Translations under genes and position numbers: made by a program
Source of the DNA: an uncultured Gammaproteobacteria bacterium
GTDB lineage: Bacteria > Patescibacteriota > Patescibacteriia > UBA9934
DNA length: 60,146 bases
NCBI GenBank assembly: GCA_964462325.1
Contig: CAYWYQ010000002.1
Location: 3,943-64,088, forward strand
Direction of reading: 5' to 3'
Notes under the pieces: generated by a model
Databases searched by the model: none
Seen by the model: only the letters and a program-made list of their open reading frames with translations
Told to the model about the DNA's origin: nothing
In this document: positions 1 through 9,994 of the stretch, in pieces
Numbering within the stretch: position 1 is the stretch's first letter
Layout of the letters: every line of letters starts with the position of its first letter

Positions 1-362
1 AAGATGACACACTGTACCAAAACTGGATATATCGATACTCACTTACATTTCCGAATTCATGGGGCGATATAAAAGAAAGGGTTGATAATGGGCCAGATGG
101 ATCGAAAATCTACCAAACAATTCGTCTTACAGCGCAAAATGACGATGATAGATATATTCAAATTAATATTGTTCGGTCTGAGCATAGGGATGATGCTTCG
201 GTAACAGATGCTCCTCACACACTATTGAGCGGAGACAATGTTTGGACATTCTATTATTCTGGAGGTGGAGATTTTGCCGGAATGCCAGGTCTTGATGATC
301 AAAAGTATTTCGATATCGATGAGGAGGTAGATGACATTAGTGAAACATTTACAAAATTCTAA
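1..362 (+). CDS. 3' end of a hypothetical protein, 5'-truncated by the window edge
   Basis: Frame is open from position 3 (DDTLYQNWIYRYSLTFPNSWGD...DISETFTKF) to TAA at 360-362. It is absent from the ORF track because no start lies in the window. A hairpin terminator follows immediately. Confidence 0.6.
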   Translation, partial: DDTLYQNWIYRYSLTFPNSWGDIKERVDNGPDGSKIYQTIRLTAQNDDDRYIQINIVRSEHRDDASVTDAPHTLLSGDNVWTFYYSGGGDFAGMPGLDDQKYFDIDEEVDDISETFTKF

Positions 363-370
363 ATATCATA

Positions 371-400
371 AAAAACCACCACCACTTGCGGTGGTTTTTT
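371..400 (+). terminator. rho-independent terminator
   Basis: aaaaaCCACC-accacttgc-GGTGGtttttt: stem followed by a T-run, right after the TAA at 360-362. Confidence 0.7.
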
Positions 401-417
401 GTTTAGGGCTAAGATAT

Positions 418-939
418 ATGTATATGGATTACATTTATCATCTTGTTCCGAAAGAAATGCGAGGAGATCACTTACATCCTGTAAGTCGGCTTAAGTTACA
501 TTTTCCAGAACTGTATCGGCACAAGCGTGCGAAAAGGGAAGATAAGCGGTACAGACATTCCGAAGTTATTCCATATGTGAATGCAAAATGGAGTGAGACA
601 TTACATTTTTTCATGGTAGATCCAAAGAAAATAAAAGATGTTCTTGCAAAACATGGTGTACAAAAATCTTTACGGGTTTGGAAAATACCTGTTCAATTAT
701 TACGTCAAAATCGCTCTATTATATTTCACGGTAAGCGTGGAGACGATTGGTATCATATGGCAAATTTTTCAAGTTTTGATAAAAAGGCGGTACAAGATTA
801 TCGTAAACTTTCTCCAGCGATTATTGATTATTATAAACGACATGCAGCAACAGATGATATCGATATTCTCCATCCATTGCCTCAGGTGCTTTTTAAAGGG
901 AGTGTAAATATCGCCAACTGTGAAATCATGGAACTCTGA
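418..939 (+). CDS. conserved hypothetical protein
   Basis: ORF track 331..939. I trimmed the start to the ATG at 418 (or 424) because the upstream part overlaps the previous gene and its terminator. The sequence is protein-like (MDYIYHLVPKEMRGDHLHP...), but I recognise no family. Confidence 0.65.
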   Translation: MYMDYIYHLVPKEMRGDHLHPVSRLKLHFPELYRHKRAKREDKRYRHSEVIPYVNAKWSETLHFFMVDPKKIKDVLAKHGVQKSLRVWKIPVQLLRQNRSIIFHGKRGDDWYHMANFSSFDKKAVQDYRKLSPAIIDYYKRHAATDDIDILHPLPQVLFKGSVNIANCEIMEL

Positions 940-976
940 TTTGTGCTAGATGAATGTATAATGTGTATTTGAAAGT

Positions 977-1003
977 AAAATCACCACTATTTGTGGTGAT
1001 TTT
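977..1003. terminator. bidirectional hairpin terminator between convergent genes
   Basis: aaaaTCACCAC-tattt-GTGGTGAtttt: an 11-bp stem flanked by an A-run and a T-run. Confidence 0.7.
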
Positions 1004-1023
1004 ATACCGTTTACTTACAAATA

Positions 1024-1701
1024 TTAGAAGGTTTCCTCCATGCACTTTGCCTGCTCTGCTTCGGCCGCTTCTGTAATTTCTTCCGGTAATTCGTATGGGG
1101 TGAGGCCGGCAAGAGGATTGTCAAGATCTAGGCTGAAATGCATCAGAGAGTCTGAAGTGCTGAAATCTAGATATGATGAGAAGCATGGTCCTGGGGAGAA
1201 GTCTCCATGTGGTTGGGTGAGTACAATCAGTTGACCATCATCATAACCGATTGGCCAAAATACAGGGATAATGTTCGCGGTAATTCCTTCAATGGATTGA
1301 CGCTCGAATGTAGATTTGTATAGGCGTTCCCATTCCCAGTTGAGATAATCGTACTCATACACGTTTGTTTGAATAGAAACGGGTGCAGCCGTATCTTCTG
1401 TGACCTCGACGGTATTACTAGTTATGAAATAATAGATATTTTCATCGACAGGACTTTGTACAAAACCACCGTTCAAAACCTGTTTAGATTCAGATTCCAG
1501 GGACTGTACAGATTCAAGGACAGCTGCCGCGCGATCAAATGAAGTAGAGGAGATTGCTGAAAAATTATGTTTTGGTTCAGAGGGTGTAGCAAATCCCGTA
1601 GATCCATCATTGCCATCTAGGGCGACGGGTGCTTGGTCATTTATGGGTGAATTTGTTGTATCACTGAGGGTAAAAATAACCCATGCTCCAACAGCAATCA
1701 A
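1024..1701 (-). CDS. secreted/membrane-anchored hypothetical protein, paralog of 3761..4399
   Basis: ORF track entry with a TTG start. The C-terminal half aligns by eye with 3761..4399 (ERLYK, LI(V/M)L(T/A)QP, SP.PC, (S/E)LDNP). An ATG at 1749 is in frame but separated by a TAG at 1723-1725 (see findings). Confidence 0.7.
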   Translation of the reverse strand: MIAVGAWVIFTLSDTTNSPINDQAPVALDGNDGSTGFATPSEPKHNFSAISSTSFDRAAAVLESVQSLESESKQVLNGGFVQSPVDENIYYFITSNTVEVTEDTAAPVSIQTNVYEYDYLNWEWERLYKSTFERQSIEGITANIIPVFWPIGYDDGQLIVLTQPHGDFSPGPCFSSYLDFSTSDSLMHFSLDLDNPLAGLTPYELPEEITEAAEAEQAKCMEETF

Positions 1702-1750
1702 TAAAAGGGCTATAGCCCATGCCTATATATTAGAATTTTGTGTTTTCATA

Positions 1751-2740
1751 TTATTTTACTTTATTAGGTATTTTTTTATTATCGATATAAGCAAGGATAT
1801 TTTTTGCCGCAACTCTACTCATTGCCTGACGCGTTTCCACAGTGGCAGATGCGGTATGTGGAGTCAGTATAACATTTTTTAATTTGCGAAGTTCATAATT
1901 GTCACGTGGATTGCAATCTATCATTGGCTCGCATTCATATACATCGAGTCCGGCACCTGCAATATCGCCGTGCGTCAATGCCTTCACAAGTGCGAGTTCA
2001 TCGACAACGGGACCGCGTGCTGTATTGATAAGGAAGGCAGTTTTCTTCATCGCACGCAATTCTTTTGCGCCGATAAGGTGGCGCGTAGAATCGAGGAGGG
2101 GAACATGCAAACTCACAAAGTCTGCTTCTTTCAATAATTGCATCTTACTTCTGTATTTCGCTTTATACTTCTTTTCAAGTTTAAGCTTCCTTTCTATGTC
2201 ATTATAGATAACCTTTACACCGAATCCATCATACATACGTTTTGCAATAGATTCACCGATTCTTCCGGTTCCAATAATTCCGAGGGTTTTTCCTTTTACA
2301 TCGGTCCCAAGTAGTAATTCAGGACCCCAACTTTTATATTTTCCCGCGCGAGTGAAATCATCTGTCTCAACAATGCGATGCGCGAGTCCAAAGATCATTG
2401 CGATCGCATGTTCAGCAACGGATTCGCCGACTTCTTTTGCTGGGGCATTTGTGATGACGATACCACGCTCTTTTGCTGCATCAAGATCAATATTATTAAA
2501 GCCGACGGCATAATTCGCGATCATCTTCAATTGTGGACCAGCCGCATCCATGACCTTCGCATCAATTTTTTCTGTGAGTATTGAAAGGACAATGTCGGAT
2601 CCTTTAACGCGCTTGAGTAATTCTTTTCGAGGGATGGGCTTGTCCTCTTTCCAGATATCTAGCTTAATACTTTTACGCCTCTTAAGCATTTTTATCCCTT
2701 CGTCGGGTATATTCCTTGTAATATATATTTTTGTTTTCAT
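1751..2740 (-). CDS. D-isomer-specific 2-hydroxyacid dehydrogenase (glyoxylate/hydroxypyruvate/glycerate dehydrogenase-like)
   Basis: 329 aa. NAD fold GIIGTGRIG, then NTARGPVVDE and TPHTASAT, the catalytic Arg/Glu/His arrangement of this family. Confidence 0.85.
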   Translation of the reverse strand: MKTKIYITRNIPDEGIKMLKRRKSIKLDIWKEDKPIPRKELLKRVKGSDIVLSILTEKIDAKVMDAAGPQLKMIANYAVGFNNIDLDAAKERGIVITNAPAKEVGESVAEHAIAMIFGLAHRIVETDDFTRAGKYKSWGPELLLGTDVKGKTLGIIGTGRIGESIAKRMYDGFGVKVIYNDIERKLKLEKKYKAKYRSKMQLLKEADFVSLHVPLLDSTRHLIGAKELRAMKKTAFLINTARGPVVDELALVKALTHGDIAGAGLDVYECEPMIDCNPRDNYELRKLKNVILTPHTASATVETRQAMSRVAAKNILAYIDNKKIPNKVK

Positions 2741-2741
2741 A

Positions 2742-3713
2742 TTAGAGCGTCTTTATAGAAATACGTGAACGAGATTTTTTAGAAGGGACTTTTTTTAGAA
2801 TACCTTGTTTTGCTCCAAACGATTGAATAACGGATTCGGCATTCAATATACCGATCTGAATTGCTTCCTCTATACCTTTCCTCAGGAGTAGTGATGCAAC
2901 AAAACTAGATCCAAGTGCATCTCCTGCACCAGTCCTTGAGATGGCGTTTACGCCTGTAGGACGCCCATGATATACTTTTCCATTTTTACAAACATGCACG
3001 CCTCGTATGCCGTCAGATACTAATACAATATTGTCTTTGTATGTCAGATTTTCACAAAGTTTTTTTGATTCTGCATTTGTTCCAGATAGAATTCTTGCCT
3101 CCTCTTTATTAACTAAAAGAACATCAACGAGTTTCAAGAGTGGGTTTAATTTTCTTTTTCCGCTTTTTAATTCCTTTGATCCTGGATTCCATGCAATACG
3201 TATTCCTTTTTTCTTCGCCTTTGTGAAAACCATGCGAGCGAGAGCAATGTCACCACCTAACGATGATACATAGAGCCACTTTGTATTACAGGTGTTAATG
3301 GGTATATCTGCTGCAGAGAAATTATTTGAAACACCGCGATGCACCAGTACAGATCGTTCACCATCTGTCGTTGTTAGAAGGGTGCTGTATCCGGTCATTC
3401 CTTTTTTTAGAATGCGGATGAATTTGGTACTCACCTTATATTTTTTTAAATCCGATAAAACAGCATTTCCGGGAGCATCATTTCCGATGCGTGTAATGCA
3501 AGCTGTTTTTAATCCAAGGCTCGCAAATGTGGCGGCCGTATTTGTCCCTCCACCTCCAGTCGTAAGATAAAAATCATCAACCTCGATTTTACTACCGAGA
3601 GAGACACATTCGCCAACTCCCGTTCGAAATTTTGTTGAACGGATGATTTGAAAATCACGAGAGACAAGAAATGCATCCTGAACCGCAGATCCTATAGTGA
3701 TTACATCAAACAT
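2742..3713 (-). CDS. PfkB-family carbohydrate kinase (ribokinase-like)
   Basis: 323 aa. N-terminal GGGGTNTA and C-terminal TGAGDALGSSF motifs. Confidence 0.8.
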   Translation of the reverse strand: MFDVITIGSAVQDAFLVSRDFQIIRSTKFRTGVGECVSLGSKIEVDDFYLTTGGGGTNTAATFASLGLKTACITRIGNDAPGNAVLSDLKKYKVSTKFIRILKKGMTGYSTLLTTTDGERSVLVHRGVSNNFSAADIPINTCNTKWLYVSSLGGDIALARMVFTKAKKKGIRIAWNPGSKELKSGKRKLNPLLKLVDVLLVNKEEARILSGTNAESKKLCENLTYKDNIVLVSDGIRGVHVCKNGKVYHGRPTGVNAISRTGAGDALGSSFVASLLLRKGIEEAIQIGILNAESVIQSFGAKQGILKKVPSKKSRSRISIKTL

Positions 3714-3760
3714 ATATGCAGATTATATTAGAACTTTAAATACTATTATTAACTCAATTA

Positions 3761-4399
3761 TCATGATATACACATATCTCTCTCATGCCTTAATGGCCCA
3801 AGTATTTCTTCTGAAGGCTTATAATAATTAAAAGTAGCATAAGGATTATCGAGTTCAAAACTTACGAGTGCACGAGTTCCTCCTTGAGCACCAATAACGA
3901 GTGGCTGTGCGCATGGGTGTGGCGAGTCATCTATTGGTTGAGCGAGCATGATAAGTTCATTTCCATCAATTCCAATAACTCTTAGAATTTCATGCATGTC
4001 GATATCTTCCTTTCCGGTTAAGCCAGATTCACCCTCAACAGAAAATGTTTTATAGAGTCTTTCAAAGTTGTGATTTTCATTATCGTATCGATACACGCTT
4101 AATAAATATGAATTATCATCCTGTCTTGAGGAAGTTGCAAAATAAGAAATATTTTCTTCATAAGGCGAATAGACGATGCCAGATTCAAAGAACTGATTTG
4201 GTTCCAGTTCGCGAATAGAAGAAAGAGCAATTCGATAATTTGCCCATTCTTTTGGTTCTAGGTATGCGAATACTACCTGCTGTTCTACAGAATATTCTTC
4301 TTGCACGGCAAGGTCAGGTGTTGACGGTGCGTCATAGGACTTATCGCAACCTGCACCGATAAGGAGTAAAGAACAAAAAATAAGAAGATATTTATACAT
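3761..4399 (-). CDS. lipoprotein of unknown function, paralog of 1024..1701
   Basis: Signal peptide with lipobox LLLIGAGC. Shares C-terminal motifs with 1024..1701. Confidence 0.8.
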   Translation of the reverse strand: MYKYLLIFCSLLLIGAGCDKSYDAPSTPDLAVQEEYSVEQQVVFAYLEPKEWANYRIALSSIRELEPNQFFESGIVYSPYEENISYFATSSRQDDNSYLLSVYRYDNENHNFERLYKTFSVEGESGLTGKEDIDMHEILRVIGIDGNELIMLAQPIDDSPHPCAQPLVIGAQGGTRALVSFELDNPYATFNYYKPSEEILGPLRHERDMCIS

Positions 4400-4501
4400 A
4401 TGTTTTCAGTATAGCACTTCATTCTATCCATTCTATCTCCGATTTAAAACAAGGGTTTTATCTCAGAGATAGGATTGTATAGTAGAAACAAAACTAGCCC
4501 T

Positions 4502-5425
4502 TCACGCTTTTCCGCTAGAGCCAAGCATTTGTATTTTCTGTCTTACGACTTTTGTCATCAATGCTTGCGCAGGTTTTAGTATTTTACGAGGATCAATGAC
4601 TTCAGGGTTTTCTTGTAAAAATTTACGTACTCCAGCATCAAAGGCTATACGTAAGTCACTATCGATGTTCACTTTGCAAATTCCATTTCGTACGGCGGCT
4701 TTAAGGGAAGTGTCTGAAACACCTTTCGCATCTGCAATTTTACATCCATAATCCATGCATATTTTTTTTATATTTGCGGGTATTCCGGAAGCTCCGTGCA
4801 AAACGAGAGGAATGTGCACATTCTTTTGAATTTCTCTCAAACGTTTTTGATCAAGTTTAGAAGTTCCTTTGAATTTGTATGCGCCATGGCTCGTTCCAAT
4901 TGCAACCGCTAGAGCATCACAACCGGTACGTTTTACAAAATCAACGGCTTGTTCGGGGTCTGTGAAGGTTGCGTCCCGCTCTGCGACGCTTACAAAATCT
5001 TCTGTACCGGCAATAGATCCAAGTTCTGCTTCAACGGATATTCTTCTTCTATGCGCCATTTTTACAATTTGTCTTGTCTTTTTTATATTCTCTTCATAGG
5101 GAAGGGAAGATCCGTCAAACATCACGCTTGAATAATAGCCACTCTTTATCGCCTTGGCGACAAGATCATAATTTTTTCCGTGGTCTAGATGAAAAACGAT
5201 TGGTATCTGTTCCCGTTTTGCACTGATATGTGTAAGTGCAGCTAGCTCTTCCATGCCAGCATAGTCTATCGCCCCTTCGCTTGTTGAAATAATAACAGGG
5301 GATTTTTCCTCGACGGCGGCTTTAATAATGGCATGGAGTATCTCCATATTATTGATATTGAATGCTCCAACAGCGTATCCCCCCCGCTGAGCCTTTTTTA
5401 ATACTCTGTTTAAATTGACGAGCAT
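4502..5425 (-). CDS. fba: class II fructose/ketose-bisphosphate aldolase
   Basis: 307 aa. Motifs VGAFN, HLDHG, LVLHGASG and NIDSDLR are typical of class II aldolases. Confidence 0.85.
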   Translation of the reverse strand: MLVNLNRVLKKAQRGGYAVGAFNINNMEILHAIIKAAVEEKSPVIISTSEGAIDYAGMEELAALTHISAKREQIPIVFHLDHGKNYDLVAKAIKSGYYSSVMFDGSSLPYEENIKKTRQIVKMAHRRRISVEAELGSIAGTEDFVSVAERDATFTDPEQAVDFVKRTGCDALAVAIGTSHGAYKFKGTSKLDQKRLREIQKNVHIPLVLHGASGIPANIKKICMDYGCKIADAKGVSDTSLKAAVRNGICKVNIDSDLRIAFDAGVRKFLQENPEVIDPRKILKPAQALMTKVVRQKIQMLGSSGKA

Positions 5426-5426
5426 A

Positions 5427-6398
5427 TTATAGATCAGTTACCTTATATTTTTTATTACTGCGTAATCGTTTTTGTATTTGCGCTGTTGAAAGAAGTCCTG
5501 CGGTTGGCCCGATATGTTGTACAACCTCTGAGGCGTTTACACTACCCCAAGCAAGGGCTGTTTTTTTATCTTTCTTGTGAAGTATCGCACCTAAGAAGCC
5601 TGTTAGAAAAGCATCCCCTGCGCCTGTAGCTTCTTTGCGCGCACCTGGAAACATTGGTGCAAAATCCATATTCTCACCATCAAAACTATATGCTCCTTTT
5701 TTTCCATTTGTGATAACCACTATTCCTGGTCCTAATTGCATGAGCTCTACAAGAAGTCGTTTCATGTTTCCGTTTTTGGTCTTTTTTAATAATTGTTCTG
5801 CTTCCAGTTTATTCACAACGAGAATATCTGTGACACGAATGAGTTTATAAATGATATTCTTCCGCTCTTTTATTTGTAGTGACCCTGGGTTAAAAATCAA
5901 TCTCGTTTTAGATTTTTCAACATGTTTTACTAAACGTTCAAACATTTTTTCATACCCTTCTCCGAGTTCAGAAAGATGAATCCATTTCGAGGTAGGAATT
6001 GTTCTTGGAAGCTTAAACTCGATATCGCTGTGCGAGGCTAGTTGCGTTGATTCGCCCTTGTAATTGAGTACGGCAGAAAAGCTACTTTTCTTTCCTTTTT
6101 TAGATGAAATATATTGCGTACCTACCCCCAGTTTTTTTAAATAGCTAAGTGCCTGCTCGTAAATACTGTCTTGCCCCATGACAGAATAAACTGCAGACGT
6201 CTTCTTCATTTTTTTTATACCAATGGCAACATTGGGAGCACTACCGGCGATCTGTGTATCTGTTTCTTCGACGGGAATCTTTTTCCCATGTGCAATGCAA
6301 AGTTCGCAGGTAAGGCGATCGGCTCTGCAAAGTACACTTGCATTTGGGATTTTTATAAAAGCATCTAATTTGATATCTCCTATTGTGAATACATCCAT
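5427..6398 (-). CDS. PfkB-family carbohydrate kinase (second copy)
   Basis: 323 aa with the TGAGDAFLTGFLG anion-hole motif. Only 1 nt separates it from fba. Confidence 0.8.
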   Translation of the reverse strand: MDVFTIGDIKLDAFIKIPNASVLCRADRLTCELCIAHGKKIPVEETDTQIAGSAPNVAIGIKKMKKTSAVYSVMGQDSIYEQALSYLKKLGVGTQYISSKKGKKSSFSAVLNYKGESTQLASHSDIEFKLPRTIPTSKWIHLSELGEGYEKMFERLVKHVEKSKTRLIFNPGSLQIKERKNIIYKLIRVTDILVVNKLEAEQLLKKTKNGNMKRLLVELMQLGPGIVVITNGKKGAYSFDGENMDFAPMFPGARKEATGAGDAFLTGFLGAILHKKDKKTALAWGSVNASEVVQHIGPTAGLLSTAQIQKRLRSNKKYKVTDL

Positions 6399-6456
6399 AT
6401 GAATGCATTATAGCGTATTCAAAAAAAACCTACGATATTCAGATTGATATTCTTCA

Positions 6457-7008
6457 CTATTTCTCACGCATATCCGAAAAGGGGCTCATTGCTGATTGCT
6501 TTATACGATATTCAAAAATCTTCAAAATGCCTTGTTTTTCAAAAATATATTCCGGTGTTTGGTGAGGGAGCGGCCATGCTTCAACGAGTATCCTCGCATC
6601 TGGTTTTAACTCCTTCTGAAATTTCTTTTGAAGACGAGCATAGGCCTTGTCGAGCAAAAAAGTAATAACAATATCGGCATTTGAAATATCTTTCTTGAAT
6701 AGATTGCCGTATCGCAAGGATACATTTTTATACTGACCAATATATTTTCTTGCAATACTCCAAAGGAAAGGAGCTAGAGAAAGCTCAATGCCTATGAGTT
6801 TGGCTTCAGGTAGCTGTTTAGATAGAGCAAATAAAATACGACCATCTCCTGACCCTAAATCGTAAATTGTTAAACCGTCCGCGTCTTCGAGTGCTGTTTT
6901 AAGAAGTGCGATCTCTCCCTTACGTGTTGGAAGCCAAGGGGCAGCTGAAAGTCCTGCAACTCCAGCTGTACCAAGCACGAGAACAACAATGACCCAAAAT
7001 AAAATCAT
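6457..7008 (-). CDS. class I SAM-dependent methyltransferase with N-terminal TM helix
   Basis: DLGSGDGRILF motif I. I trimmed the start to the ATG at 7008, which forms an ATGA overlap with the stop of the upstream pseudouridine synthase. Confidence 0.65.
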   Translation of the reverse strand: MILFWVIVVLVLGTAGVAGLSAAPWLPTRKGEIALLKTALEDADGLTIYDLGSGDGRILFALSKQLPEAKLIGIELSLAPFLWSIARKYIGQYKNVSLRYGNLFKKDISNADIVITFLLDKAYARLQKKFQKELKPDARILVEAWPLPHQTPEYIFEKQGILKIFEYRIKQSAMSPFSDMREK

Positions 7009-7694
7009 ACATGTTCCATTAACCCGCGTCTCTCTTTCTTCGTAAGAGGTCTCCAATTTCCAGGTCCAAGTGTTCCAAGTTTTACATTCATGATTCGAAC
7101 ACGCTTGAGTGATTTTACTTCATAGCCAAGCGCTTTACACATACGGCGAATTTGTCGATTTTTTCCTTCTGTGATCGTGAGTCTAAAACGTGTATTCGAT
7201 TCTTTTTTAAAATTTGCTGGTTTTGTGATGTATCCATCATCTAGTTCAACGCCAGATTTCATCGCTGCATAAAAGCTGCGAGTATAAAGCTTGTCGACGG
7301 TTACGACATATTCCTTTTCATGATTTGTCTCAGGCCTTGCAATGGTATTTGCAAGGTCACCATCATCCGTAAGAATCATAAGTCCCGAAGAAGCGACATC
7401 TAATCTTCCGATATAAAAAACACGTTCCGGTACATCTACATAATCGAATATGGTGTTATTCGCTTCAGGATCCGCTGTTGATATGACGCCCTTTGGTTTA
7501 TTGAAGGCAAGGTAAACACGTTTTTCTGCTGGAATAATAGAAGCTCCATCTATGGTGACATGATCTCCTGTCTTTACCGTGTCACCGAGTCCTGCGGTAT
7601 TTCCATTGATTTTCACTTCTCCTTTTTCAATGAGTATATCGGCTTTTCTTCGCGAACAATAGCCGGCATTTGCAAGGTATTTATTGATTCTCAT
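7005..7694 (-). CDS. pseudouridine synthase, RsuA/RluB family, with S4 domain
   Basis: MRINKYLANAGYCSRRKAD (S4 domain) and the GRLDVASSGLMILT catalytic motif. I trimmed the ORF-track start (7817) to the ATG at 7694. Confidence 0.85.
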   Translation of the reverse strand: MRINKYLANAGYCSRRKADILIEKGEVKINGNTAGLGDTVKTGDHVTIDGASIIPAEKRVYLAFNKPKGVISTADPEANNTIFDYVDVPERVFYIGRLDVASSGLMILTDDGDLANTIARPETNHEKEYVVTVDKLYTRSFYAAMKSGVELDDGYITKPANFKKESNTRFRLTITEGKNRQIRRMCKALGYEVKSLKRVRIMNVKLGTLGPGNWRPLTKKERRGLMEHV

Positions 7695-7736
7695 ATGACG
7701 GGAGTTTAACATACTCGTCGAAACCCTGCTACAATT

Positions 7737-8651
7737 ATGATAGAAATTAACGATAGTATGGAAGTGATCAAGAATGAAAACGAATCTAGTACGGTAGCTG
7801 CCTCGCCGGAGTTTCAAAATCGGCCGCAGGGAGATCAGTCAGAAATGCGAATGCATCATTATGAATATGATCACCTAGCCGAAGAATTAAGAAATGAAGT
7901 CGTGCGTTCAGGGATGAAGGAATTTAGAGATATACTCAAGGGGATTGATGATTATACGGTTTTTGCGAGTACCTCTTTATTTTTGATAGGAGATAAATAC
8001 AATGAGCCAGAATTGAAAACTGCGCCGGGAGATCTTGATGTGAATGTTGATTCTAAAGAGTCATTTTATAAAATACATAAACGACTATCTGGCCATGAAC
8101 ATGTTCAGATTGAAATACCCGAGGGGAATGATCAGGAAAGTCCATTCCTAAAATCTGCATTAGACGGGGCGATGATTCTACGCGGGTTTATAACATTGAA
8201 ATGTGATGGCGGTGAAACAGAGTACCCCTCTGAGATATTCCAAGGCTCTAGCATTGTTCCGGCAGATGCAGAGTTCAAAACAAATATTTCTGGTTTGAAT
8301 ACATTGACACTCGAAGGTTTAAAGATACAATATGCCAAAAATCTTGATATAGAGAAGCGCGTAGATCGTACGGTACGAGAAATAGAAGAGGCATTATATT
8401 CGCAGGAAAGTGACATTAAAGAATCGCAAGCGAGAATGAATATTGTTGCAGAAGAATTAGATATTTCCGTTACGGAATTAATGGATTTATTTGCTTTACG
8501 CGCGCATTATGTCGAAAGAGAAGAGGGAACAGAAAGTCCAATATACAGAAAAAAGGTTGAAGGAGTGTTAAGCGGGCTGAAAACGAAGATAAAAAAGAGA
8601 AGAGAGAATTTGGAATTATTACAAAAAATGACGGGAATTGAAGAAGATTAG
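7737..8651 (+). CDS. hypothetical protein; weak nucleotidyltransferase-like GDLDV motif
   Basis: 304-aa ORF, divergent from the pseudouridine synthase gene, with protein-like composition. Function is not recognised. Confidence 0.6.
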   Translation: MIEINDSMEVIKNENESSTVAASPEFQNRPQGDQSEMRMHHYEYDHLAEELRNEVVRSGMKEFRDILKGIDDYTVFASTSLFLIGDKYNEPELKTAPGDLDVNVDSKESFYKIHKRLSGHEHVQIEIPEGNDQESPFLKSALDGAMILRGFITLKCDGGETEYPSEIFQGSSIVPADAEFKTNISGLNTLTLEGLKIQYAKNLDIEKRVDRTVREIEEALYSQESDIKESQARMNIVAEELDISVTELMDLFALRAHYVEREEGTESPIYRKKVEGVLSGLKTKIKKRRENLELLQKMTGIEED

Positions 8652-8731
8652 GAGTGGGTGAATTAGGCCCTTATATTAACAAAAAGATACTTCTTTGGTA
8701 AAAATAAGCTCACAATTTTGGAGGATTGGTA

Positions 8732-8950
8732 ATGCTTTTTTTGTTGAAAGGTGGCTATACGGTGCCTCGCTCAAGCTTGAAAAAACGTAAAGGCGTAACA
8801 TTGCAGGTGCAGGGTACTGGTTCTATTGAATTCATCCCCGAATCCGAAGAAGGAGATGTAATTGTAGGACACTCGGCAGATAATCCGAATCATAAGTACT
8901 GTGTACACTTCGATGAAAATGACATTGCAACAGAAGTCACTCGTATGTGA
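8732..8950 (+). CDS. small hypothetical protein
   Basis: GGAGG at 8720-8724 lies 7 nt before the ATG at 8732, and a terminator hairpin follows. Confidence 0.55.
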   Translation: MLFLLKGGYTVPRSSLKKRKGVTLQVQGTGSIEFIPESEEGDVIVGHSADNPNHKYCVHFDENDIATEVTRM

Positions 8951-8963
8951 TCTTGATGCAGTG

Positions 8964-8995
8964 AAACCCTTCTGAACGCAGAGGGGTTTTTATTT
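8964..8995. terminator. hairpin terminator between convergent genes
   Basis: aaaCCCtTCTG-aacg-CAGAgGGGttttt. Confidence 0.6.
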
Positions 8996-9994
8996 TGCGC
9001 GTTTTTGTTTTATAACCTGCTTCGTTGCTTTTATAATAGCAGGAGCTGTTAACTGAAAGTGTTCTAATAATTCATTTGGTTCACCAGATTCCCCAAATCT
9101 ATCTTGCATGCCTATGCGATGAATAGGAACAGGGTAATGTTCTGAAGTAAGTTCGCAAACAGCGGAACCCATTCCAGCTGCCACTTGAGCTTCCTCTACC
9201 GTTACGATGCATTCGCAGTCCTTCGCCGCTTGTAAAATAGTCGTTTCATCCATCGGTTTTAAAGATGCATTATTAATCACCCGCGCTTCAATGCCGAGTT
9301 TAGATAACTCTTCTGCTGCAAGAAGGCATTCATACAGGAGGGGGCCGCAGCCGATAATGGCGACATCATTTCCATTTCTGAATATCTGAGCTTTACCTAC
9401 TTCAAATGGAGTCGATTCCGTTGTAAATACGGGACTTTTTTCTCGAGCAAATCGAATATAAACAGGGCCATCAATTTTTGCAGCTTCAATTGTAGCTTTT
9501 CGTGTTTCAATAGCATCGCATGGAATAAAGACTTTCATTTCAGGGAGTACGCGCATAAGGGCAATATCTTCTAGCATCTGATGTGTTGCTCCGTCCGGAC
9601 CGACTGAAACACCGGCATGCGCACCAACAATTTTAAGATTTGTTTTTTGTAGGCATCCTGTTGTACGAATCTGTTCCCAATTTCTTCCAGGAGAGAAACA
9701 AGCATAACTTGAAATGAACACGGTTTTTCCGGCTAATGCCATTCCGGCTCCTACGGCTGCCATAGATTGTTCTGCGACGCCAAATTGTACAAATCGATTT
9801 GGAAATTGTTTTTTGAATTCGGTACTTCGTGTTGAGTCCGTTAAATCAGCGCAAATAACATAGATATTAGGATCATTTTTTCCCGCAAGAACAATGCCTT
9901 CACCGTATCCATCACGGGTGGGGATTTGCTTCAACATGTCTTTATTTCTCCAACCTTTATTTAATTTTGGATTTGGATATTTCATACTATTCAC
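8990..9994 (-). CDS. tkt: transketolase, C-terminal (pyrimidine-binding) subunit
   Basis: 334 aa with FGVAEQ, GPDGATHQ and EDIA. It overlaps the N-terminal subunit gene by 8 nt, the split-tkt arrangement. Confidence 0.9.
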   Translation of the reverse strand: MNSMKYPNPKLNKGWRNKDMLKQIPTRDGYGEGIVLAGKNDPNIYVICADLTDSTRSTEFKKQFPNRFVQFGVAEQSMAAVGAGMALAGKTVFISSYACFSPGRNWEQIRTTGCLQKTNLKIVGAHAGVSVGPDGATHQMLEDIALMRVLPEMKVFIPCDAIETRKATIEAAKIDGPVYIRFAREKSPVFTTESTPFEVGKAQIFRNGNDVAIIGCGPLLYECLLAAEELSKLGIEARVINNASLKPMDETTILQAAKDCECIVTVEEAQVAAGMGSAVCELTSEHYPVPIHRIGMQDRFGESGEPNELLEHFQLTAPAIIKATKQVIKQKRAK

